Origin: Bacillus subtilis subsp. subtilis str. 168
Lineage (GTDB): Bacteria > Bacillota > Bacilli > Bacillales > Bacillaceae
Assembly (NCBI RefSeq): GCF_000009045.1
Contig: NC_000964.3
Location: forward strand, 558,001 to 622,000
Length of the DNA: 64,000 nt
Direction: 5' to 3'
Under the pieces are notes generated by a model. It saw only the letters and a list, made by a program, of their open reading frames with translations, was not told where the DNA came from and searched no databases. The position numbers and the translations under genes are program-made. Shown in pieces: positions 9,734 to 18,945 of the stretch. The stretch's first letter is position 1. Each line of letters starts with the position of its first letter.

Positions 9734-10108
9734 TTGTTAAAAAGGTTTTCTCTTGTTATTGTTACACTAATGATGTCTATCGTTGTTGTTTTAGCGGCTG
9801 CTAAAGAGTCGCCTGGAGATCATGTCATCTCATTTGATGAACCTATTATCTTGATGATCTCAATTGGAATCGTTGTATTTTTATTGATCCCTCCATTAGT
9901 CATGTCCTTTTTTGGCAATTTGGTTGTAAGAATAATATCTGGTGTATACCAATGTTTTATCGTTTTCACTTTTCTGGGGCTCATTCCAATTGGATTTCTT
10001 ATTCCCAATGGCTTTTTGACAATTCTAGTTTCTATTGCAGGAACTTTAGTCAGTATAGCTAGTGTTGCCGTAACCTTATGCATTGGCAAGAATAAAAAAG
10101 ATATATAA
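9734..10108 (+). CDS. ydeH: Small multi-pass membrane protein of unknown function
   Basis: Four hydrophobic segments; TTG 9734 follows AAAGGAG at 8 nt, so preferred over 9662. Confidence 0.8.
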   Translation: MLKRFSLVIVTLMMSIVVVLAAAKESPGDHVISFDEPIILMISIGIVVFLLIPPLVMSFFGNLVVRIISGVYQCFIVFTFLGLIPIGFLIPNGFLTILVSIAGTLVSIASVAVTLCIGKNKKDI

Positions 10109-10159
10109 TCATCGAATTGTTATTTTTTCAGATTGTCAGTGAAATAATTATACAAAAAG

Positions 10160-10185
10160 AGAAGGCTTGTGGGCCTTCTTTTTTT
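10160..10185 (+). terminator. ydeH terminator
   Basis: GAAGGC / GCCTTC stem plus T8. Confidence 0.75.
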
Positions 10186-10344
10186 GTTGTTGCATCATCC
10201 CCACTTTGAGCTTAATCTATTGAATAATAAGAGAAGGAACCTATAGAAGAATAAAATAAATACCGAGATGTCAAAAATAAAACTGGACTTCATTATTGTG
10301 AATTCACGTAAATGTAAAAAGATTGGAAAGAGGGGAATTCCTTC

Positions 10345-10938
10345 ATGACAAATAGCAGAACAAATCCGAAGGTTGATGAATTTTTAAGTAAAGCGAAAAA
10401 GTGGAAGGAAGAATTTGAGAAGTTGAGAACCATCATTCTTGACTGTGAGCTGACTGAAGATTTTAAGTGGATGCATCCTTGTTACACATATCATAATAAA
10501 AATATTGTTTTAATACATGGGTTTAAAGAATATTGCGCGCTTCTGTTCCACAAAGGCGTCTTATTACAGGATACAGATGGAATTCTCATTCAACAAACGG
10601 AGAATGTACAGGCGGCGCGCCAGATTCGGTTTACAAATGTTCAGGAAATAAATGAGCTAGAAAACATTTTGAAAGCCTATATTCACGAAGCCATTGAAGT
10701 TGAAAAAGCCGGTTTGAAAGTGGATGTTAACAAAAATATTGAATTGAACATTCCTGAAGAACTTCAAAATAAATTCGATGAAATCCCTGCATTGAAAATT
10801 GCTTTTGAAGCTTTGACCCCGGGACGGCAAAGAGCGTACACTCTTTATTTTTCTCAAGCCAAACAATCCAAAACCCGAGAATCGAGAGTCGAAAAATATG
10901 TGCAAAAAATTCTCGATGGAAAGGGATTAAAGGATTAG
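10345..10938 (+). CDS. ydeI: DUF1801 (YdhG-like) + OmdA/YdeI-type C-terminal domain protein
   Basis: KWMHPCY DUF1801-type motif, FEALTPGRQRAY...AKQSKTRESR OmdA-type motif. Confidence 0.88.
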   Translation: MTNSRTNPKVDEFLSKAKKWKEEFEKLRTIILDCELTEDFKWMHPCYTYHNKNIVLIHGFKEYCALLFHKGVLLQDTDGILIQQTENVQAARQIRFTNVQEINELENILKAYIHEAIEVEKAGLKVDVNKNIELNIPEELQNKFDEIPALKIAFEALTPGRQRAYTLYFSQAKQSKTRESRVEKYVQKILDGKGLKD

Positions 10939-11000
10939 GCACGCCAAGGTTCAGGCTAAAGGAATAGCATCATAGCGTAATAAGATCATTTCTATAGAAG

Positions 11001-11031
11001 AAAAACAAGCATAGTAAGATGCTTGTTTTTT
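11001..11031. terminator. Terminator after ydeI
   Basis: AAAAACAAGCAT / ATGCTTGTTTTT stem. Confidence 0.75.
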
Positions 11032-11289
11032 CTTAGGACAACATTCACTTACTGCTGAAATGCTTCTAACATTGTATGCCACTAGACAGCGTTATAAAAT
11101 ATTAATGCAACACCTAGAAATCTATCCAATGAAATAGCTCAATGGTATGGCTCATTACATTTAGAATGCCTAGGAGAACTAATAGAACCGGAAGATTTTT
11201 AGCAAGTTACTACACTCCAAACTTTGTTTTTGTATTAATATACCTTATTAACCATTGTTTTTAGTCAGGTGCAGACAAACGAATACTGA

Positions 11290-11949
11290 TTAATGAATCA
11301 TCATGATATCAATGAGCCGCTTGATTTTTTCATCGTCGCCTGTATCAACGTACACTGTTTTTCTGTTTTTTATGATACTCTCAGTCACTTCCCGCATGAC
11401 GCCTTTTTCTATATCATCAGCGGAATCCCAGCGTAAAGGCACATTATATACATGAATTGTGCCATCCCCATTGCCATGATAAGTGACTGATCCATCCACT
11501 AAACGAGAACCTGCCAACTGGGTCACATTTTCTGGATAGCTGGCACTTGTATCATCATTAGGATTAATTGGCTCGCCAGCCGCAATATGTCGAACATTTA
11601 ATTCATCTATCTCTTGATTAGGTCCAAGTTGAAGCCAAACTCTGGCATATTCAATTTTTTCCGAAGAGTATGCTGCCAATACATTGTCTTCTTTGCTTTT
11701 CTCTTCTGCTGAAGAGGTATCATTTGCAGCTTTTGTTGCGGATTCTTCTGATTCTGTTATTGGCTCCGCTTCATCCTTGCGTATTTTGGTGCTCTCTTCA
11801 GGCTCAGTGTGTTTTTCGTCAGTTTGCACAGCAGAAGCTTGATTTGAAGGTTGTTGTGCTTCTCCATCCTTACTGTCCGTACATCCAGCAAGCAAAATCA
11901 TAAGCAGCAGGGCAGTATTGCAATAACATATCTTTCTGCGTTTCTTCAT
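11290..11949 (-). CDS. ydeJ: Lipoprotein of unknown function
   Basis: Basic N-terminus, hydrophobic stretch, lipobox LAGC, low-complexity linker. Confidence 0.88.
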   Translation of the reverse strand: MKKRRKICYCNTALLLMILLAGCTDSKDGEAQQPSNQASAVQTDEKHTEPEESTKIRKDEAEPITESEESATKAANDTSSAEEKSKEDNVLAAYSSEKIEYARVWLQLGPNQEIDELNVRHIAAGEPINPNDDTSASYPENVTQLAGSRLVDGSVTYHGNGDGTIHVYNVPLRWDSADDIEKGVMREVTESIIKNRKTVYVDTGDDEKIKRLIDIMMIH

Positions 11950-12294
11950 TTTTTCATTCCTCTCTATTAATTCAGGTCAGCTTCATATATAAGTTTATGT
12001 ATCTAAATATTACCATGGAATAGATAGGATGATATTGAAAACTGTTTAAGAAGAGGAAACGATCTTGAATAGCATCGCGAAAACCTAAGAATCTTAAGAA
12101 GTTTTGCCCCTTTTTCTTCAGGTATTGAATGTAAAGTGGGATATAAATGCAAACAAAAACGAAATGCCTTATCCACCTCGTGTCATGGCAGAAAAAGTGG
12201 GGGATTTATTAGAGCGGATTTGATAATGGCGGCAGGTAAATGGGTGTTGACTTATATGTCTAAGCGGGAGACTCAAGTCTGCTCGATCGCATAC

Positions 12295-12328
12295 AAAATA
12301 CCAAGGGCCAGCAACCCTTGGTATTTTT
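12295..12328. repeat. Palindromic element copy 2 (AAAATACCAAGGG-CCAGCAA-CCCTTGGTATTTTT), probable ydeK terminator
   Basis: Same stem as copies 1, 3 and 4; 43 nt past the ydeK stop. Confidence 0.8.
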
Positions 12329-12370
12329 ATACCTTCATGCATTTTTGAAGTTTATGCTTAAAGGTCTGCC

Positions 12371-13234
12371 TTACTTTGCAAATCGCCGAGCTGCTGCAAC
12401 GCACATGATAACGGCGATATTCACTGCTACGAGTGCCCAGCCCACTTTCTCGTGCAGAATCACTGAGGCAAGCAGCAGTCCAAAAAAAGGCTGGAGAAGC
12501 TGGAGCTGCCCAACCGCTGCAATTCCCCCTTGGGCAAGACCTCGATACCAGAACACGAAGCCAATCAGCATGCTGAATAAGGATACATATGCAAGACTGA
12601 GCAGTGCGGGAACGCCGATCGCCGACCATGAGTCCGGCGTAAAAAAGAACGACAATGGCAGCATAAGAGGAAGCGACAGAACGAGTGCCCATGAGATCAC
12701 CTGCCAATTCCCCAGACGCCGTGAAAGTTTGGCCCCTTCTGCATAACCAAGACCGCATACGACAATAGAAGCCAGCATGTACGCGTCGCCAAGCGGGGAT
12801 GAACCTCCCCCCTGAATGAGGGCGAAACCTGCTACTAACAAGCTGCCGGCAGCTGAGAAAATCCAGAAGACGGGGCGAGGGCGTTCACCCCCGCGCAGTA
12901 CGCCGAAGACTGCCGTTGCGAGTGGAAGAAGTCCAATGAAGACAATGGCGTGTGCGGATGTGACATGCTGAAGCGCTAAAGCTGTCAGCAACGGGAAACC
13001 AATCACTACGCCGAACGCTACCACTAACAATGAAATGAGATCTCTTTTGGCAGGATGCTGCTGCCGGAAGATGAGAAGGAGACCTCCCGCCAGTACACCA
13101 GCTATCGCAGCACGGCAAACTGTGAGAAATAACGGATCGAAGTCTGACACAGCCAAACGGGTCGCAGGCAGCGAGCCGCTGAAAATGAGTACGCCTATAA
13201 AACCATTTATCCAGCCATTTGTTGTTTTGTTCAT
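12371..13234 (-). CDS. ydeK: EamA/DMT transporter
   Basis: 10-TM EamA pattern, GQLQLLQPFFG; ATG 13234 behind GGAGTG. Confidence 0.9.
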   Translation of the reverse strand: MNKTTNGWINGFIGVLIFSGSLPATRLAVSDFDPLFLTVCRAAIAGVLAGGLLLIFRQQHPAKRDLISLLVVAFGVVIGFPLLTALALQHVTSAHAIVFIGLLPLATAVFGVLRGGERPRPVFWIFSAAGSLLVAGFALIQGGGSSPLGDAYMLASIVVCGLGYAEGAKLSRRLGNWQVISWALVLSLPLMLPLSFFFTPDSWSAIGVPALLSLAYVSLFSMLIGFVFWYRGLAQGGIAAVGQLQLLQPFFGLLLASVILHEKVGWALVAVNIAVIMCVAAARRFAK

Positions 13235-13388
13235 TATAATCACTCCACATATCTTTCTTGTTCATTGTCTGTATTTTCTTAACAAAACCAGCAGCTAAGG
13301 ATTACAATGACTATAAACTGGAATTGGCCTTTTATAAACAGCCAGTTTTCATAAAAAAATGCATACCAGTTAGGAGAACAACGCGCAA

Positions 13389-14780
13389 ATGGATATCACG
13401 CCTTTTTTGAATAGAACTCTGGATATTCCGCTTTATCAGCAGCTTTATCGGTATTTTAAAGAAAATATGCATCGGGGCCGTATTCAAAAAGGAATGAAGC
13501 TTCCTTCAAAAAGACTCCTGGCGAATCAGCTTTCCATCAGCCAAACGACTGTAGAACGTGCCTATGAACAGCTCGCTGCTGAAGGTTATATTGTGAGCAA
13601 GCCAAGAAGCGGGTGGTTTGCTGATTATCATGATTCTGATTTTGCTTATGATAGAATGCCAAGCACAACACCCATTCAACAAGAAGCAGAAGAAAATAAA
13701 CAATGGATTGATTTTCATTATGGGAATGTAGATTCTTCTTACTTCCCTTTTTCCGCATGGCGAAAAAGCATGGTCAATAGCTTAGACCAATATGGACACG
13801 AGCTTTATCGGCCGGGACATGTTTTAGGAGAGTTTGAGCTGAGAACACTCATTGCAGAGTACCTGTATCAATCTCGGGGGGTTCATTGCGGCCCTGAACA
13901 AGTGATTATAGGTGCCGGGAACCCTATTCTGCTGCAAATCTTGTGCCAAGTTTTTGAGCCGAATATTTCTATAGGGTATGAGGATCCTGGTTATCCAAGA
14001 GCACGCAAGATTTTTGAAGCCAACCGCATGAATATTGTTCCTATACCAGTCGATGATGAGGGAATCTGTATACAGAAGATCAAAGAACAGCAGCCAAACC
14101 TTGTATATGTCACACCTTCCCATCAATTTACGCTGGGAACCATAATGACAATAAACAGAAGAATTCAGCTGCTCAAATGGGCGGCCGAAAATCAATCCTT
14201 TATCATAGAGGATGATTATGACGGGGAATTTAGGTACACAGGACAGCCGGTTCCTTCTCTGCAAGGGCTTGATCAGCATAACCGTGTCATTTATATGGGC
14301 ACTTTTTCTAAGTCTCTTTTGCCCTCGCTGCGTATCAGCTATATGATTCTTCCTTCGCCTCTTTTAAAAAAGGGTCATGAAATCACGTCCTTATATAAGC
14401 AGACAGTGTCCTGCCACAGTCAGCTAACCCTAGCTGAATTTATAAAAAATGGAGAGTGGCAAAAACACATCAACAGAATGAGAAAACTTTACCGCAAAAA
14501 AAGAGCCATTGTATTAGAGGCAGTGCAAAGGGAATTAGGAGAGCATGTCAGAATCCGCGGAGAAAACTCTGGGCTTCGTATCTTACTTGACGTTTATTTG
14601 CCATTTGGTGAAAAAGAGTTAATTGAGAAGGCGAAAAAACATGGAGTAAAAATTTATCCTGTTTCTCTTTCTTATCAACATCATCCTCCTACAAAAACGG
14701 TCTCGCTCGGGTTTGCAGGGGTTTCTGAATCCGACATAAGAGAAGGCATAAAAAAACTGAAGGCTGCCTGGAAGATATGA
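13389..14780 (+). CDS. ydeL: MocR/GabR-family regulator (GabR/PdxR-like)
   Basis: KLPSKRLLA wHTH, IIEDDYDGEFRY, GTFSKSL PLP-lysine motif. Confidence 0.92.
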   Translation: MDITPFLNRTLDIPLYQQLYRYFKENMHRGRIQKGMKLPSKRLLANQLSISQTTVERAYEQLAAEGYIVSKPRSGWFADYHDSDFAYDRMPSTTPIQQEAEENKQWIDFHYGNVDSSYFPFSAWRKSMVNSLDQYGHELYRPGHVLGEFELRTLIAEYLYQSRGVHCGPEQVIIGAGNPILLQILCQVFEPNISIGYEDPGYPRARKIFEANRMNIVPIPVDDEGICIQKIKEQQPNLVYVTPSHQFTLGTIMTINRRIQLLKWAAENQSFIIEDDYDGEFRYTGQPVPSLQGLDQHNRVIYMGTFSKSLLPSLRISYMILPSPLLKKGHEITSLYKQTVSCHSQLTLAEFIKNGEWQKHINRMRKLYRKKRAIVLEAVQRELGEHVRIRGENSGLRILLDVYLPFGEKELIEKAKKHGVKIYPVSLSYQHHPPTKTVSLGFAGVSESDIREGIKKLKAAWKI

Positions 14781-14973
14781 GGGAGCTTTCAGTTTAGCAA
14801 AACGGCCAAGTGACGACTAAGTGTTGAGAGCTGTTCAATATTTTTTAAGTATATGATGAGTGCCTGCAGTCCAGGCCACGATACGTCTGTTTAGCGAAAA
14901 ACAGAATTTTTTATTTGCTCCTCACAGTGCTAAAATAAACAAAATAGACAATTGAAAAAATAGAGGTGTAAGA

Positions 14974-15399
14974 ATGAAGTTAGATGAGTTTACAATTGGC
15001 CAGGTCTTCAAAACGAAATCATTAAAAGTATCAAAAGATGATATTATGCGGTTTGCGGGTGAATTTGACCCTCAGTATATGCATGTAGATGAAGAAAAAG
15101 CGAGTAAAGGCAGATTTAATGGAATTATCGCTTCCGGCATACAAACACTGGCCATATCTTTTAAACTTTGGATTGAAGAAGGTTTCTATGGAGACGATAT
15201 TATAGCCGGAACAGAGATGAATCATATGACATTCATAAAACCCGTATATCCGGATGATGAATTGTTTACAATTGTTGAGGTTCTTGATAAGCAGCCAAAG
15301 AGAAATGAATTGGGAATACTCACAGTATTGCTATCTACTTATAATCAAAAAGAAGTAAAAGTGTTTGAAGGTGAGTTATCTGTATTGATCAAACGATAA
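14974..15399 (+). CDS. ydeM: MaoC-like hot-dog dehydratase
   Basis: FDPQYMHVDEE..GIIASG MaoC motif, FIKPVYPDD. Confidence 0.88.
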   Translation: MKLDEFTIGQVFKTKSLKVSKDDIMRFAGEFDPQYMHVDEEKASKGRFNGIIASGIQTLAISFKLWIEEGFYGDDIIAGTEMNHMTFIKPVYPDDELFTIVEVLDKQPKRNELGILTVLLSTYNQKEVKVFEGELSVLIKR

Positions 15400-15451
15400 C
15401 TCAGAAAGCCCGCTTTTCGCGGGCTCGATTGAAGCAGATGGGTGAAAGATG

Positions 15452-16024
15452 TTAGCGGGTTTCCTTTGAAAAATAAGAGGTTAAAACATCATAAACAATA
15501 GGCAAAGAAGTAAATCCCTCATCTTCTAGAAAATGACCTCCGTGCTGAACTTCATATAACGCAGCATCAATTTGTTGTGCCAGATCCTTGCTGAATGAAA
15601 AAGGCACAATTTGGTCGTCCTTAGAAGCAATGACAGCACGGTGCTTCGCGGACTCGATGATTTTTTGATGATCAAACGATCCCTGTGTAAATTCATCTAA
15701 CATCTGTAAAGTGGGCAATGATTTGGCAAAGCCGGAAACAAGTATGATTCCGCCAAGCTGTTTTCGTAATTGAAGATGTTCCAAAAATCTCAAAATGGCG
15801 GGGCAACCTAAGCTGTGCGCAACCAAATACGTATTTTCATGTAAAGTGTGCTGATATAAAGAGAGTGTATCCAGCCAATCCTCAAGTCTTGGCTGGAGCG
15901 GATTAGGCATGTTTAAAATGTCTGCTTGGACCCCATCTGCGAGCAGACGTTTTTTCAGCCAAGGGAACCAATGATTTGTTGAGGAGGCTCTGTAGCCATG
16001 AATGATATAGACTTGTTTTGTCAT
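15452..16024 (-). CDS. ydeN: RBBP9/YdeN alpha/beta hydrolase
   Basis: IIHGY oxyanion motif, AHSLG nucleophile motif, DD and GGHF catalytic residues. Confidence 0.95.
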   Translation of the reverse strand: MTKQVYIIHGYRASSTNHWFPWLKKRLLADGVQADILNMPNPLQPRLEDWLDTLSLYQHTLHENTYLVAHSLGCPAILRFLEHLQLRKQLGGIILVSGFAKSLPTLQMLDEFTQGSFDHQKIIESAKHRAVIASKDDQIVPFSFSKDLAQQIDAALYEVQHGGHFLEDEGFTSLPIVYDVLTSYFSKETR

Positions 16025-16079
16025 TATTTCCTCCTAAGAAATATTTTCATTCAGTATAAAATTCCTCTCATTGGGAAAC

Positions 16080-16091
16080 AAGTACGCACTT
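16080..16091 (-). promoter_or_regulatory. HxlR-type box AAGTGCGTACTT abutting the -35 of ydeN
   Basis: 21 nt upstream of TATACT (16053-58); same motif and spacing as at ydeQ. Confidence 0.55.
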
Positions 16092-16105
16092 TTTTGTAAG
16101 TAGCT

Positions 16106-16435
16106 TTACATATGAGGCCCTCCTTGTGCCATTCCCCACTTACACATCTCATCTATGAGGGGATACAAAGATCGCCCTCTGTCAGATAACGAATACTCTA
16201 CTTTCAGTGGGGTGTGAGAAACCTCAGACCGATGAATAAGGCCGTCAGTTTGCAATTCCTTAAGCTGTGCGCTTAACATTTTATGGGTGATGAAGGGCAT
16301 AGCCCTTTTCAGCTCGCCGTATCTCATCGTTTTTTCACACCCTAACTCATAGAGAATTCTCATTTTCCATTTGCCCCCTATAAGAGATAAGGTGTATTCA
16401 AATGGGGCTTGTTTACTGCGGCACAGGCTATTCAT
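16106..16435 (-). CDS. ydzF: HxlR/DUF24-family regulator
   Basis: IGGKWKMRIL, ITHKMLSAQLKELQ, VEYSLS; ATG 16435 behind GGAGG. Confidence 0.92.
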   Translation of the reverse strand: MNSLCRSKQAPFEYTLSLIGGKWKMRILYELGCEKTMRYGELKRAMPFITHKMLSAQLKELQTDGLIHRSEVSHTPLKVEYSLSDRGRSLYPLIDEMCKWGMAQGGPHM

Positions 16436-16689
16436 TGTAATCAAACCTCCTTTTTTAAGTATCATATCAGAATAAATTAGGATTTTCGGTGTTGAAGTTT
16501 GAGGGCGATTCACGATCTGAAGTGAAAGGGGCCGCTTGCTCAACAGGCGGCACGGTACATGAATGTTCTAAGTCAAAGAGGGTTACCTTACTGTTAGTTA
16601 CTTTATTTAAAAAAACGCATGTTTTTAGCTGAAAATATCTATTATGGTATATTTAAATATAAAGAAATATTTGAGAAATGAGGAATGGT

Positions 16690-17562
16690 ATGAATACACC
16701 CAAAAAACATAAGAAATTTAAAGCGAAAATGATTCTCCAAATCATCATGGTTATCATTGGAGGAATCATAGCGGCATATGGACTAGAAACAGTGCTCATT
16801 CCAAACAGTGTATCTGATGGAGGGGTGACGGGTCTTAGCATCGTTGGTTCACAGCTATTCAACTTGCCGCTGGGGATTTTGATTGCTGTGATCAACATTC
16901 CATTTGTCTGGTTAGGATATAAGCAAATTGGGAAAAGCTTTGCATTATTATCAATTATCGGAATCGTATCGCTTGCCGCGGGGACAAGCTTTTTCCACCA
17001 CACACCCGCTATCATAGAAGGAGATACCCTGTTAATTACCGTTGTCGGCGGGATTATCCTTGGATTCGGAATGGGGCTGGCGCTGCGTAATGGCGGCGCA
17101 TTAGATGGAATTGACATGCTTGCTGTGCTGCTATCCCGAAAACTGCCATTCGGAACGAGCGATCTCATTCTATTCTTAAACCTATTTGTGTTTATTTTTG
17201 TTTCCACAGTATTTGGCTTACAAGGGGCATTGCTTTCAGTCATTGCTTACTACATTGCATCCAAAGTGATTCATGTTGTGGAGGAAGGCTTAAGCGGCTC
17301 TAAAACCTTTCAAATTATTACAACCCAACCTGAATTAATGGTAGAGACAATACGTGATCAATTAGGCCGAAGCGCCACATATAAAGAAGCTTACGGGGGT
17401 TTTTCCCACGAGAAATTTAAAGAAATCACATGTGTCATCAACCGTTTAGAAGAAACCAAACTAAAGGAAATTATTAATGATATTGATAAAACTGCCTTTG
17501 TTACCGTGTATGATGTAGCTGAAGTGAAGGGCAGCAATTTTAGAAATCTTAATCATCACTAA
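16690..17562 (+). CDS. ydeO: YitT/UPF0750-family membrane protein
   Basis: DGGVTG, GGALDGID motifs, C-terminal DUF2179-type domain (IDKTAFV). Confidence 0.88.
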   Translation: MNTPKKHKKFKAKMILQIIMVIIGGIIAAYGLETVLIPNSVSDGGVTGLSIVGSQLFNLPLGILIAVINIPFVWLGYKQIGKSFALLSIIGIVSLAAGTSFFHHTPAIIEGDTLLITVVGGIILGFGMGLALRNGGALDGIDMLAVLLSRKLPFGTSDLILFLNLFVFIFVSTVFGLQGALLSVIAYYIASKVIHVVEEGLSGSKTFQIITTQPELMVETIRDQLGRSATYKEAYGGFSHEKFKEITCVINRLEETKLKEIINDIDKTAFVTVYDVAEVKGSNFRNLNHH

Positions 17563-17669
17563 AAAATAGAATGACCTTTTTAACCGTAACTGACATGCCG
17601 CGGGTAATTTAATCAAAAACACTTTTTTGAGGCTTGTGGGTGAATAACCGGTGAAGGTCTGAATCACAG

Positions 17670-17704
17670 AAATACCAAGGGCGTCAAAACCCTTGGTATT
17701 TTTT
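17670..17704. repeat. Palindromic element copy 3 (AAATACCAAGGG-CGTCAAAA-CCCTTGGTATTTTTT), probable bidirectional terminator
   Basis: Between convergent ydeO and ydeP; loop is the exact reverse complement of the copy-1 loop. Confidence 0.82.
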
Positions 17705-17711
17705 CTGGTTA

Positions 17712-18098
17712 TTAGATTTTATCTTCAGCTTTACGTGCTGCTTCGAGCTTATCAATCCTGTCTTTATATTTTTCTCCCCAGTCCTTCATGTGCAGGATAA
17801 CAGGTTCTAATGTTCTTCCAAACTCAGTTAAAGAGTATTCGACTTTTGGAGGGACCTGTTTATAAACCTCGCGGTGAATCACGCCATCCCGTTCCAATTC
17901 TCTTAATTGTAGCGTGAGCATACGCTGGGTAATTTTTGGGTATAGTTTTCGAAACTCATTAAACCTCTTTTTACCGTCAATGAGATGATAAAGAAGAATG
18001 CCTTTCCACTTACCTCCGATGATATCTAATGTTGTCTCCACCGGACATCCTTCAAAGTCATCAGAAGAATAATCAATGCCGAGTTTACGATTTCTCAA
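17712..18098 (-). CDS. ydeP: HxlR/DUF24-family regulator with N-terminal Cys
   Basis: GCPVETTLDIIGGKWKG, ITQRMLTLQLRELE, PPKVEYSLT; TTG 18098 behind AGGAGTG. Confidence 0.93.
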   Translation of the reverse strand: MRNRKLGIDYSSDDFEGCPVETTLDIIGGKWKGILLYHLIDGKKRFNEFRKLYPKITQRMLTLQLRELERDGVIHREVYKQVPPKVEYSLTEFGRTLEPVILHMKDWGEKYKDRIDKLEAARKAEDKI

Positions 18099-18143
18099 GC
18101 TGTTCACTCCTAATAGTATACTTTTTGATACTATATACATTCA

Positions 18144-18155
18144 ATGTGCGTACTT
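18144..18155 (+). promoter_or_regulatory. HxlR-type box ATGTGCGTACTT abutting the -35 of ydeQ
   Basis: 21 nt upstream of TATAAT (18177-82). Confidence 0.55.
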
Positions 18156-18217
18156 TTTATATTTTAATATACATCATATAATGATGTCACATCTAAGGAA
18201 TGAAAGGAATGGATCAT

Positions 18218-18802
18218 ATGAAAACACTCGTACTCGTTGTACATCCGAATATAGAATCCTCTCGTATCAATAAAAAGTGGAAAGAAGCCGTTTTAAGTGA
18301 ACCAGATGTAACTGTCCATGATCTTTATGAAAAATATCGCGATCAACCAATTGATGTGGAATTTGAACAACAGCAGCTCCTGGCCCATGACCGTATCGTT
18401 TTTCAGTTTCCATTATACTGGTACAGCAGCCCACCGCTTTTAAAACAGTGGTTTGATGAAGTGTTTACGTTTGGCTGGGCTCATGGTCCCGGCGGAAATA
18501 AATTGAAGGGGAAAGAGTGGGTAACTGCCATGTCCATCGGTTCACCTGAACACTCTTATCAAGCCGGCGGATATAACTTGTTTTCGATAAGCGAGCTGAC
18601 AAAACCGTTCCAAGCATCTGCCCATTTAGTAGGCATGACCTATCTGCCTTCCTTTGCCGAATATCGCGCCAATACAATCAGTGACCAAGAAATTGCCGAA
18701 AGTGCGAATCGGTATGTAAAGCATATTACAAATATAGAATTAAACCCGAAGGTTCGCCTGCAAAGGTATTTGAAACAGCTGGAGAGTGTCGATTTAACAT
18801 AA
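18218..18802 (+). CDS. ydeQ: NAD(P)H-dependent oxidoreductase, flavodoxin-like (KefF/MdaB type)
   Basis: VVHPN, FQFPLYWYSSPPLLKQW motifs; start 18218 chosen by SD spacing. Confidence 0.9.
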   Translation: MKTLVLVVHPNIESSRINKKWKEAVLSEPDVTVHDLYEKYRDQPIDVEFEQQQLLAHDRIVFQFPLYWYSSPPLLKQWFDEVFTFGWAHGPGGNKLKGKEWVTAMSIGSPEHSYQAGGYNLFSISELTKPFQASAHLVGMTYLPSFAEYRANTISDQEIAESANRYVKHITNIELNPKVRLQRYLKQLESVDLT

Positions 18803-18945
18803 AGATTGATTTTTGAAAATCCTGTACTCACCAAGCAGGATTTTTTCTTGTTCAGCAGAGGGATTTTAACATATAGCAAAAAAAGAAGAAGCCACCAAAA
18901 ATAAGCTATTTGCTTGGTCCTGACTGCTTATTTTTGGTGAAATAC

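Noticed and set aside
1-12100. Prophage or ICE call for the AT-rich left segment
   Set aside because: No integrase, phage structural, replication or conjugation genes or att-like repeats are visible within the window
12136-12758. Several 70-143 aa ORFs overlapping the ydeK 3' end and palindrome copy 2
   Set aside because: They overlap ydeK or run through the terminator hairpin, with no SD and no recognisable domain
16653-17243. 196-aa antisense ORF inside ydeO
   Set aside because: Shadow of the ydeO coding strand; no family motif
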